This document shows, one piece after another, positions 37,505-45,798 of a stretch of DNA of 45,798 bases (its first letter is position 1; every line of letters begins with the position of its first letter). The notes below the pieces were generated by a model. That model had not been told where the DNA came from and ran no database searches. It worked only from the letters and a program-made list of their open reading frames with translations. The DNA is taken from the sequence record DRR723986_4977. One strand, 5' to 3'. The translations under genes and the position numbers were made by a program.

Positions 37505-38824
37505 GTGACGACGGAACAAACAAAACTTACCAAAGCCATGGCACAGCTAGAACAATGGCGCGAAACCTATTTTCCTGAGCGGCAATTATTTTTGCGTAGT
37601 CAGGGCCGTGTTCGCTTCCTGACTATTCACAGTTACACACAGCTTGCAATAGCGAGTGCGCTTGTCGTTGCGCTGGGTTGGGGCACTGTTACAAGCTACG
37701 CATATCTTTCACGCGATTTTCTGCTTGAAGATAAAAACGAAACTATCACGGCAATAACATCCGAGTATCAGGAATTATCCAGCGATTTTTCCGCACTGGA
37801 AGCTGAAGTAGAGCGCCGCACAAGATTGCTGGAAGAACGACAGCAATACCTGCAAGAGCTGCTTCACGCAGCGCCGAATGATACACCTAATTTATTACCC
37901 GTTGAGTCTGAACAAAAGACGAATGATGCTTCTACAGTTTTTACAGAACAAGAAAGCCAAGCCGGTACGATTGAAGGAAGTCAATCACAACGGCCAGAAG
38001 CTCAAGAGCTATCTTTCTTGGAAAAATGGTTTGAGACCGCAGAAAAACAGCAAGTAGAGCCCACTACTAAAGAACGTCGCAAAAATTTAATTGCACGTTT
38101 GCAGCAAATGGCAGACGCTCAGCAAGAAATTGCTTCATTGCTCAAAGATGCAACAATCCAGCGCTTGAATGACATAGATACAGTTGTAAAGCCCTCTGGT
38201 GTTTCCGTAGACAGCCTACTTGCATTGGCACCAGAGCAAGGGCCAGCAACTGGTGGCCCCTTCATTCCGGAACCTGCGTTTGAAGATATATTCGCTGCCA
38301 ATGACGGCGATTCTTTTGAGGAGCTTAGCTATAGTTTTGATCGCCTTAAGATGGTCACAAATGCCCTTGATAGTTATCCGCACGGCAAACCGGCAGATAA
38401 ATACTATGTGTCGAGCAGATTTGGTAGCAGAATTGACCCGATTAAAAAGGTGCGCGCACGGCACTATGCCTTGGACTTATCAGGTTGGCCAGGCGAGCCA
38501 ATCAAAGCTACGGCGCAGGGTTTAGTGGTTAAAGCCAAAAAGATTTGGCCTTATGGCAATATGGTAGAGATTGACCATGGAAACGGTTTCCGCACACGCT
38601 ACGGGCATTTGCGTAAAATGCTTGTAGCTACGAATGAAAAAGTAGAATTAGGGCAGCAAATAGGTGAAATGGGAAGCACCGGCCGAGTTACCGGCACCCA
38701 TGTTCATTACGAAGTATGGTTCGATGGCAAAGTTATTGATCCAATGCCTTTCATGAAAGCATCAAATAATGTTCTCAAAATCCAAGGACGAAACCAACAA
38801 GACAATGAAAAAAACAATGAGTAA
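37505..38824 (+). CDS. Membrane-anchored M23 endopeptidase with DUF5930-type N-terminus (LmdC-like)
   Basis: FPERQLFLRS cytoplasmic motif, TM helix, coiled coil, Zn motifs HYALD and HVH. Start is 37442-37538; the GTG at 37505 has an RBS. Confidence 0.9.
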   Translation: MTTEQTKLTKAMAQLEQWRETYFPERQLFLRSQGRVRFLTIHSYTQLAIASALVVALGWGTVTSYAYLSRDFLLEDKNETITAITSEYQELSSDFSALEAEVERRTRLLEERQQYLQELLHAAPNDTPNLLPVESEQKTNDASTVFTEQESQAGTIEGSQSQRPEAQELSFLEKWFETAEKQQVEPTTKERRKNLIARLQQMADAQQEIASLLKDATIQRLNDIDTVVKPSGVSVDSLLALAPEQGPATGGPFIPEPAFEDIFAANDGDSFEELSYSFDRLKMVTNALDSYPHGKPADKYYVSSRFGSRIDPIKKVRARHYALDLSGWPGEPIKATAQGLVVKAKKIWPYGNMVEIDHGNGFRTRYGHLRKMLVATNEKVELGQQIGEMGSTGRVTGTHVHYEVWFDGKVIDPMPFMKASNNVLKIQGRNQQDNEKNNE

Positions 38825-39275
38825 TTCAAATCCATCACCTCGCGCAAGCGTAGCCCCTACTCCTTCAATCGTTGGGTCAGACGTGCACATTGAGGGCAAT
38901 GTTAAAACAATTGGTGAATTGCAATTGGACGGCTCCATCACAGGCGACCTATCATGCGGTAGCTTAGTGATGGGCGAAAGCGGCATGGTTGATGGCACGA
39001 TTGCTGCAGAAACAGTGACAGTGCGCGGTGCCGTGAAAGGCGAAATTCGGGCTAAGTCAGTAAGGCTTGAAAAAAGCGCGGTTGTGGAAGGCGATGTTTA
39101 CCACGAAAGCCTGTCCGTTGAAGCCGGCGCCAAGCTAACTGGCCGTTTTGCGCACACATCAGGGCCAAGCGCTGTTTCAACAGCTCAACCAGCAAAGCCT
39201 CAGCCGGCAGCACCAGCTAAAAAGCCTGAAGAAACACCTTCTTTTGTTGAAGCAAAGAAACCTGCTGCAGAATAA
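38769..39275 (+). CDS. Bactofilin (polymer-forming cytoskeletal protein)
   Basis: N-terminal MFSK peptide and beta-helix PSIVGSDVHIEGNV...LQLDG.ITGD...VEGDV....LSVEAGA.L.G. Confidence 0.93.
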   Translation: MFSKSKDETNKTMKKTMSNSNPSPRASVAPTPSIVGSDVHIEGNVKTIGELQLDGSITGDLSCGSLVMGESGMVDGTIAAETVTVRGAVKGEIRAKSVRLEKSAVVEGDVYHESLSVEAGAKLTGRFAHTSGPSAVSTAQPAKPQPAAPAKKPEETPSFVEAKKPAAE

Positions 39276-39288
39276 ACGCATCGAAATA

Positions 39289-39330
39289 GACACAAAAAAG
39301 GGCGCAATTATGAGCGCCCTTTTTTGTGTC
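39289..39330. terminator. Bidirectional Rho-independent terminator
   Basis: Perfect 17-bp inverted repeat GACACAAAAAAGGGCGC / GCGCCCTTTTTTGTGTC between convergent bactofilin and clpP. Confidence 0.9.
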
Positions 39331-39343
39331 AAACGGTTGTTGC

Positions 39344-39928
39344 TTAACCTATTTCAGATTGGCTGGTGATAATCTTGCCGACAATGCCATAATCAAGTGC
39401 ATCCTTGCACTCCAACCAAAAATCACGATCAACGTCTTCTGCGACTTGCTTCAAGGATTTGCCCGTTGCCGCCGCAAAAATCTTGTTAAGACGGGTGCGC
39501 ATTTTCACAATTTCTTGTGCTGCAATGTCTATGTTCGTTGCATCCCCGCGCACACCGCCACTTGGTTGGTGCAAAAGAAACCGTGTATTTGGCAGGGCAA
39601 AACGATTTTCTTTTTTTGCTGCCACGTAAATAAGCGCCCCCGCACTGGCGACCCAGCCTGTGCCCAGCATTTTCACTTCGGGTTTGATGAACTTAATGGT
39701 GTCGTGGATCATATCGCCAGATTCCACATGCCCACCCGGCGAAGACACAATTACTGTAATTGGATCGTCGGAAACATGGGCCATTGCTAGCAGGCGCGCA
39801 CACACATCTCGAGCCAAGTCCTGATTAATTTCGCCAGTAACGAATACCTTCCGTGCATCAAACAAAAGTTTTTGAATTTGCTCGCTGCCCGGCTTTTCTT
39901 TTTCTGTGTTTTCGTCTTCGTTATTCAT
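39344..39928 (-). CDS. clpP: ATP-dependent Clp protease proteolytic subunit, ClpP2-type paralogue
   Basis: SSPGGHVESG, GWVASAG (Ser), LLHQP (His), DRDFW (Asp); RBS AAGGA before the ATG at 39928. Confidence 0.92.
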   Translation of the reverse strand: MNNEDENTEKEKPGSEQIQKLLFDARKVFVTGEINQDLARDVCARLLAMAHVSDDPITVIVSSPGGHVESGDMIHDTIKFIKPEVKMLGTGWVASAGALIYVAAKKENRFALPNTRFLLHQPSGGVRGDATNIDIAAQEIVKMRTRLNKIFAAATGKSLKQVAEDVDRDFWLECKDALDYGIVGKIITSQSEIG

Positions 39929-39947
39929 TAGGTTTCCTTCAAAAAAA

Positions 39948-41076
39948 CTATTCAATATCTGCAACATCGCCGCCTTCACCGTGCACACGAGCCGCTAAGG
40001 CCGCTGCCATGAAGGGGTCTAGGTCGCCGTCTAAAACTTTGTCAGGTTGACCAGACTCCTCACCTGTCCGCAAGTCTTTCACCATTTGGTATGGCTGCAA
40101 TACATAGGACCGAATTTGGTGTCCCCAGCCAATTTCAGTTTTCTCCGCGTTCACAGCATTCGCTTCATCTTCCCGGCGACGCAATTCTTCCTCGTATAAC
40201 CGGGCCTTCAGCATGCTCATCGCCTCAGCTCTGTTTTTATGCTGCGACCGCTGGTTCTGGCATTGCACAACAATACCAGACGGTTGGTGCGTTATTCTTA
40301 CCGCACTATCCGTTGTGTTCACATGCTGACCGCCAGCACCCGAGGCACGGTATGTATCAACCTTCAGGTCACTTTCATTAATATCAATATCGATGGAATC
40401 ATCGATAACAGGGTAAATCCATACAGATGCGAAGCTCGTATGCCTGCGCGCATTTGAGTCGTAAGGCGAAATTCGCACCAACCTGTGTACACCAGACTCC
40501 GTTTTAAGCCATCCGTAAGCGTCTTCGCCCTTCACCTGAATAGTGGCAGATTTAATACCAGCTTCCTCACCCGGCATATACTGAACAGTGTCCACTTTTA
40601 AGCCGCGCCGCTCTGCCCAGCGCACATACATACGCAGTAGCATATTGGCCCAGTCTTGGCTTTCAGTTCCGCCAGCACCAGAGTGAATTTCTATATATGT
40701 GTCGTTGCCGTCTGCCTCGCCGGACAGCAATGCTTGAAGTTCCGCCTTTTTGGCTTTTGCTCCCAACAGGGAGAGCTGTTCAACAGCTTCATCTTCCATG
40801 TCGGTATCGCCCTCAAGTTCAGCCATTTCCATGATTTCGAGGGTGTCAGACAAGTCAGTTTCAATACTACTGACAGCCGTTATGGCGTCATCTAGCTTGG
40901 TGCGTTCCCGCATTAGCTTCTGTGCATTAGCAGGGTCATTCCACAAGTCCGGGTCTTCGGCCAGAGCATTCAACTCTTCTAATCGAAGGTTTGCTTTGTC
41001 CCAGTCAAAGATGCCTCCTCAGCAGTGCCATCGACTGCTGGAGTTGATCGACGGTTGCCTGAGCTTCCGCGCGCAT
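39948..41076 (-). CDS. prfB: Peptide chain release factor 2 (programmed +1 frameshift)
   Basis: ORF1 41076-41008 is [23 protein letters not shown], then CTT-TGA-C. The +1 frame continues [19 protein letters not shown] into the SPY/GGQ-containing ORF. Confidence 0.97.
41004..41019 (-). other. prfB frameshift cassette
   Basis: AGGAGG-CAT-CTT-TGA-C: internal SD, 3-nt spacer, slippery CUU-U and UGAC stop. Confidence 0.96.
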
Positions 41077-41151
41077 ACACACGTTCCTTTTTCAAATGCC
41101 CAACGTTATCTATATGTTTCCTTATACCGGGTACATTACCCCAAAGGAACG

Positions 41152-43677
41152 TCAATAGATTCCGCCGGTGCCTTTTCTAATTGAGCTTTTGGTTTTACCG
41201 ATTGGGAGCGAGCCGTCAAGCACTGCAAGTTGACCACTGCGAGGTTCTGTTCCTGGCTTAAAGGCTTCCAGAATAATTTTAGCGTCGGCAGACGTAGCAG
41301 GCACGCCGGTTTCAGCGTTCACACGCACTAGCCTAATGCCAGTGGGCGCACGGAATGGAACACCAGGCTGACCGCGCAGTGCATCGCGCATAAAGTCACG
41401 GAAAACCGGCACAGCAACGCTGGAGCCTTCTTCACCGCGTCCCAACGAACGCGGACGATCAAACCCCGTGAACACGCCAACAACTAGGTCAGGCGAAAAA
41501 CCAACAAACCATGCATCATGCTCGTCATTGGTTGTACCGGTTTTGCCAGCAAGTGGTTTTCCAATAACCCTGATTTTCCTACCGGTGCCGTTTTCGACAA
41601 CGCCCTGCATCATGGAAACAAGCTGGTAAGCTGTCATTGGATCAAGAATTTGCTCCCGGTTATCCGGCACAAATGGCTCTGTTGAAGCTAAATCCCAATT
41701 CAAAGAACAGGCATTACATACTCGCTCATCATGGCTGAATATGGTTTGGCCTCGCCTGTCTTGAATGCGGTCAATCAAGGCCGGTTTAATTTTCTTTCCA
41801 CCGTTCACAATCATGCCGTAGGCTGCTGTTAGCTTCAACAATGACACTTCACCTGCACCAAGGCTGGCAGCAAGTGTTGGCTCCATATTTTCATGCAATT
41901 CAAAACGCTTGGCATAATCAAGTATGGTGCCCATGCCCAAGTGCTGCGCCAAGCGCACTGTCATCAGGTTACGAGACTTCTCAATCCCCAACCTTAGCGT
42001 GCTTGGGCCATAAAACTTTTCCGTGCTGTTTTTGGGTTTCCATTTACCCAGTCCCTGCCCCTGATCAATAACAAAGGGCGCGTCCAATACTAGGCTAGAC
42101 GGTGTAAAGTCTCTGTCCAGGCCTGCAGCATAAACGAAAGGCTTGAAAGCCGAGCCGGGCTGCCTCTCTGCCTGCGTCGCCCGATTATATTGGCTCGAAT
42201 CGAAATCAAACCCACCGGCCATAGCAAGTGTGCGGCCTGTGTGGGGGTCCATCGCAACAAGTGCGCCTTGAATTTCCGGTATCTGGCGCAATCCGAAATT
42301 GGCAAAACTGGTAACCTCAACACCTTCAACATTGTAAAAGTCTGTGATTGTTGTCGGCGCGCTATCAGGCAAAGCTTCAACAGCAATTACATCACCCATT
42401 GATAGAACTTCGCCTATATCTTTCACCTTGGGGCCTAAGCGTTCGCCTTGGCGCCATGCACGCGCCCATGTTACCTCGGCAAACGGTATGAAGCCATAAC
42501 CACCTGTTTTCAGGCCAATAACCGCGCCTTCCGCTCTTACTTCATGCACAACAGCATGCAACCACGTTGGTTCGCCCAAGGGGGTTTTAACCGCACTCAG
42601 CCTCTGCTGCCACACATCGTCAACGTCCAGGCGACCAAGCGGGCCGCGCCAGCCATGCCGGCGATCATATGCAATCAAACCACTGCGCAGTGTCCGCTCT
42701 GCAATCGCCTGTAATCTCGGCTCAAGCGACGTGCGCACTGATAAACCACCTTCATATAAAGATTTATTGCCATACATGCGGCTAACGCGCCTGCGAACTT
42801 CTTCAGCAAAATACTCTGCTTCAAAGCGGGCGTCCCCGCCCCGTTGCTTCATAACAATTTCGCGGCTAACGGCGTCTTCGTATGTTGCTTGGTCGATATG
42901 CCCCAGAATATTCATGCGGGACAGCACCCAATTCCGACGCCCCATGGCGCGCTCACGGTGTCTTATAGGGTGATAATTGTTCGGCGCTTTAGGCAAGGCC
43001 GCAAGAAACGCCATCTCGTCAACGGTCAACTCATTCAAAGATTTGTTGAAATAATTCAGCGCAGCAGCGGCAACACCATATGAACGATTACCAAAATAAA
43101 TCTCATTCAGGTACAGTTCTAAAATTCTGTCTTTGGAATAAGCCCGCTCAATCCTGAGCGTCAAAATCATTTCCTTGATTTTACGATCAAGTCTTTGATC
43201 AAGAGTCAGCAGAAAGTTTCGGGCAGTTTGTTGCGTAATGGTTGAACCGCCCTGCAAAGGCCGGCCCTGAATTACATTCAACACATTTCTGATATTACCG
43301 CGCACCATACCCATATAATCAAGGCCGGAATGCTCATAAAAATTCTTGTCTTCGGCAGAGAGAAACGCGTTGATAAGCTGCTGTGGAATAGCATCAATAG
43401 GAACAAAAAGCCGCTGTTCCTTGGCAAACTCAGTTAACAAACTGCCATCACCAGCATGAATGCGTGTTACCACTGAAGGTTCATAGTTGGCTAGCTGTCG
43501 GTAATCCGGCAGATCACGTCCGTAGTGAATAATAGCCCAAAATACCACGCCGGAGGCCGCAACAACGCCAACGATGCCTGTAATGAAGCCATACTTCACC
43601 AGACGCCGCCAAAGCGGCTTCTTAACAGGTTTTACCGCTTGGGCATCCGTGCTTTTATTTTGGGCTTGGTCAGTCAT
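41152..43677 (-). CDS. mrcA: Penicillin-binding protein 1A (class A PBP)
   Basis: TM anchor; transglycosylase AEDKNFYEH.G and GGSTITQQ; OB insert; transpeptidase PGSAFK, SRN, KTG. Confidence 0.96.
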   Translation of the reverse strand: MTDQAQNKSTDAQAVKPVKKPLWRRLVKYGFITGIVGVVAASGVVFWAIIHYGRDLPDYRQLANYEPSVVTRIHAGDGSLLTEFAKEQRLFVPIDAIPQQLINAFLSAEDKNFYEHSGLDYMGMVRGNIRNVLNVIQGRPLQGGSTITQQTARNFLLTLDQRLDRKIKEMILTLRIERAYSKDRILELYLNEIYFGNRSYGVAAAALNYFNKSLNELTVDEMAFLAALPKAPNNYHPIRHRERAMGRRNWVLSRMNILGHIDQATYEDAVSREIVMKQRGGDARFEAEYFAEEVRRRVSRMYGNKSLYEGGLSVRTSLEPRLQAIAERTLRSGLIAYDRRHGWRGPLGRLDVDDVWQQRLSAVKTPLGEPTWLHAVVHEVRAEGAVIGLKTGGYGFIPFAEVTWARAWRQGERLGPKVKDIGEVLSMGDVIAVEALPDSAPTTITDFYNVEGVEVTSFANFGLRQIPEIQGALVAMDPHTGRTLAMAGGFDFDSSQYNRATQAERQPGSAFKPFVYAAGLDRDFTPSSLVLDAPFVIDQGQGLGKWKPKNSTEKFYGPSTLRLGIEKSRNLMTVRLAQHLGMGTILDYAKRFELHENMEPTLAASLGAGEVSLLKLTAAYGMIVNGGKKIKPALIDRIQDRRGQTIFSHDERVCNACSLNWDLASTEPFVPDNREQILDPMTAYQLVSMMQGVVENGTGRKIRVIGKPLAGKTGTTNDEHDAWFVGFSPDLVVGVFTGFDRPRSLGRGEEGSSVAVPVFRDFMRDALRGQPGVPFRAPTGIRLVRVNAETGVPATSADAKIILEAFKPGTEPRSGQLAVLDGSLPIGKTKSSIRKGTGGIY

Positions 43678-43824
43678 TAAAACGCGTCTCGCATCTCGCA
43701 TTCATTTATAAACGGATATTAAATCTAAATATCAGGCGCACCTATGCCATTTTTTTTAATGACAATCATCCATTTTCTGTATGGCGGCTAAATGTGTTCC
43801 AGATAAGGCGAATACTAAAGGCTA

Positions 43825-45045
43825 TCAACGGCCTTGCACTGCAACCGTAGAAAAATATTGGTCAATTGCGCGCCGCGTAGCCTGAGCAATAAGTGTTTGG
43901 CCTTTTTTGCTATTAAGAAAGCGCGCATTGGAACGATTTGTAAGATACCCAGCTTCCAGCAAAACAGAGGGTACATCAGGCGCTTTCAAAACGCCCAAAT
44001 TCGCGTAACGATGAGCGCGATCAAGCATCGGAATTTTGCCATTCATTTCACTGACAAGAATTTCGGCAAACTGGGCAGAATAATTCATGGTTTCCCGCTG
44101 GGCCAAGTCAATCAAAATACCAGAGACATCATCTTCAACAACGTCTAAATTTACACCAGCTATAACGTCAGACTTATTCTCGCGCCGAGCCAGACGCGCG
44201 GCTTCTTTATCCGAGGCCGTTTCAGAAAGGTTATAAACACTCCCCCCTCTAACCTTCGGGTTTCTAATTGAATCCGCATGAATACTGATAAATAAGTCAG
44301 CGTTGTACCGGCGTGCTATGCGAAATCTTTCGCGCACTTTATGAAATATGTCGCGGTCGCGGGTTAAATACACTTGATAGCGGCCGGTTTTATTAAGCTC
44401 TTCGCGAATAGCGCGGGCTATTTTAAGCGTTATAACCTTCTCATGCACTCCGATAGAACCCAAGTTTCCTGGGTCGATACCGCCGTGGCCCGGGTCGAGC
44501 ACAATGATGCGTTTACCGTCCCTTCGCCTAGAGTTGGATATTGCGGGCGCGGCTTCAACTTTGGCAGCATAACGATTACGCTGTGATTTTGATGAAGCAA
44601 CCGCGGCTAAAAATGCAGTTCTATTTGTTGGTTTGATGTCAACGACATAGCGCTTTCCTTGGCCATTTGTGGCGGGCAAACTGAAAGCATTTGAAACAAT
44701 TGCCGGGTCTTTAAGGTCAAGAACAATGCGATATGTATTACCAGTGAACAGACCATGCCTATACCCTTCAACCAATCCCAATGATCGAACTGTTTCTCCG
44801 CCTTTCCAGTTAACGTCCGGCAGGTCAATGACAATACGGTATGGGTCTGCAAGCATAAAAATGGCAGGCTTTGTGTCACCCGACAGCTCAATAACAAAAC
44901 GAGTTGTTTCTCCATTTTGACCAAAACGAACGCCAGAAACATCGCCGAGCGCGAAAGCGGCAGAAAGTGATGAGAAACAACCCATTACTATCGTCACAAA
45001 TACGACTAAAGCAGGCAATCTGTAGCTGCGCAATTTTTGAACCAT
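43825..45045 (-). CDS. amiC: N-acetylmuramoyl-L-alanine amidase (AMIN + Amidase_3)
   Basis: Signal peptide; AMIN repeats (TRFVIEL, PYRIVIDL, RIVLDL); LDPGHGG.DPG, FISIHAD, PSVLLEAGYLTN. Confidence 0.92.
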   Translation of the reverse strand: MVQKLRSYRLPALVVFVTIVMGCFSSLSAAFALGDVSGVRFGQNGETTRFVIELSGDTKPAIFMLADPYRIVIDLPDVNWKGGETVRSLGLVEGYRHGLFTGNTYRIVLDLKDPAIVSNAFSLPATNGQGKRYVVDIKPTNRTAFLAAVASSKSQRNRYAAKVEAAPAISNSRRRDGKRIIVLDPGHGGIDPGNLGSIGVHEKVITLKIARAIREELNKTGRYQVYLTRDRDIFHKVRERFRIARRYNADLFISIHADSIRNPKVRGGSVYNLSETASDKEAARLARRENKSDVIAGVNLDVVEDDVSGILIDLAQRETMNYSAQFAEILVSEMNGKIPMLDRAHRYANLGVLKAPDVPSVLLEAGYLTNRSNARFLNSKKGQTLIAQATRRAIDQYFSTVAVQGR

Positions 45046-45281
45046 CAAAATATTAAACTCATTTGGAATCAGTATTTATTCAAAAGCTAACAATCACAAC
45101 TTATCGCATATGAAAACTAAATGGGTGATTAACCAACTCTAGCAAATATCATTATACTATTACATTTATCTTTCAACGAAACAAAGGCGTTAAGCCAAAA
45201 ATTTCATCAAATTATGGTCCTGAATAAATCGTTTGTAATAAATCTATTAGTTCATTAAGTTGGAGATGCGAGTTTATCGAC

Positions 45282-45594
45282 TTGCCGCAAAAATTCGCGG
45301 CGGGTCATGGTGCCTCCAAAATAGGTAAGCCTGCGACGCATATTGATGTCGCGCTTACGACGGCAGCACCCAAAAAGGACAAGAAAAGGCAATGGCCAAA
45401 AGGCTTTGCGCATTTTTTATAACACTATTTAGCCGTCTAGCGTTTGTTAGCCGGGCAAATTTATATGTGTTATACCCTAGCTTTGGGCTTTCCTTCTCCA
45501 AACCTGAATTTTCTTTAAATTTACCGGTATTTGCCAGCGTCCCCCTCAACCGAGGAAGTGAGACAACGCGGCAATCCGTTCGGAGTAGTATTAT
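45282..45594 (+). promoter_or_regulatory. Putative promoter and long structured 5' UTR of rne
   Basis: TTGCCG (45282-87), 18 nt, CATGGT (45306-11); hairpins at 45325-58, 45389-409 and 45450-535; SD GGAG before the ATG at 45595. Confidence 0.5.
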
Positions 45595-45798
45595 ATGTCG
45601 ACAAGAATGCTTATCGACGCGCGTCACCCTGAGGAGACGCGGGTCACAGTTGTTAAGGGAAGCCGCGTAGAGGAATTTGACTACGAATCTGCTACAAAAC
45701 GCCCTTTAAAAGGCAACATCTATTTGGCGCGGGTAACCCGCGTAGAGCCCTCCCTTCAGGCTGCTTTTGTTGAATATGGCGGCAATCGCCATGGCTTC
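45595..45798 (+). CDS. rne: Ribonuclease E (N-terminal fragment; runs off the window)
   Basis: Manual translation: MSTRMLIDARHPEETRVTVVKGSRVEEFDYESATKRPLKGNIYLARVTRVEPSLQAAFVEYGGNRHGF. Absent from the ORF track because there is no stop in the window. Confidence 0.96.
   Translation, partial: MSTRMLIDARHPEETRVTVVKGSRVEEFDYESATKRPLKGNIYLARVTRVEPSLQAAFVEYGGNRHGF

Noticed and set aside
39948..41076. prfB as a frameshifted pseudogene or sequencing error
   Set aside because: The break is exactly the canonical SD-CTT-TGA-C programmed frameshift.
45355..45670. ORFs 45392-45670 (+) and 45355-45627 (-) as leader peptides or genes
   Set aside because: They overlap the true rne start in another frame or strand, have no recognisable protein features, and coincide with RNA hairpins.
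1..45798. tRNA, rRNA, CRISPR arrays, IS elements, prophage, toxin-antitoxin or anti-phage defence genes
   Set aside because: None recognised by eye. All intergenic gaps are short and explained by promoters, leaders or terminators. A tRNAscan/Infernal/DefenseFinder run would be needed to exclude small elements formally.

Overview
Core-genome segment of an alphaproteobacterium. The gene order (pepA-lptD without lptFG; tandem cysteine desulfurases plus ferredoxin) and the protein styles suggest a Kordiimonadales/Sphingomonadales-like lineage, which is an inference. The window holds about 45 CDS, mostly housekeeping: holC-pepA, lptD-surA-pdxA-rsmA, gmk-yicC-mltG-fabF-acpP-fabG-fabD, rpsF-rpsR-rplI-dnaB, two cysteine desulfurases plus fdx, anmK/tyrS, an AsmA/YhdP-like gene, glnE, bcp-DUF455-M23 peptidase-bactofilin, amiC-mrcA-prfB (programmed +1 frameshift)-clpP paralogue, and the start of rne. 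Small accessory inserts sit in conserved junctions: VOC/DUF1489/TPR-TonB-like/membrane protein between fabD and rpsF, and a SoxR-controlled VOC + membrane protein operon before anmK. I saw no tRNA, rRNA, CRISPR, IS, prophage or defence island, and I cannot honestly claim a large novel system. The best leads are: a scaffold-less dual-IscS/ferredoxin operon with an orphan IscR-like operator; a secreted TPR protein with a degenerate TonB C-terminal domain; the SoxR mini-regulon with a textbook 19-bp-spacer promoter; a DnaA-box cluster directly upstream of dnaB; a clpP paralogue tucked behind prfB; and structured leaders for rpsF and rne.
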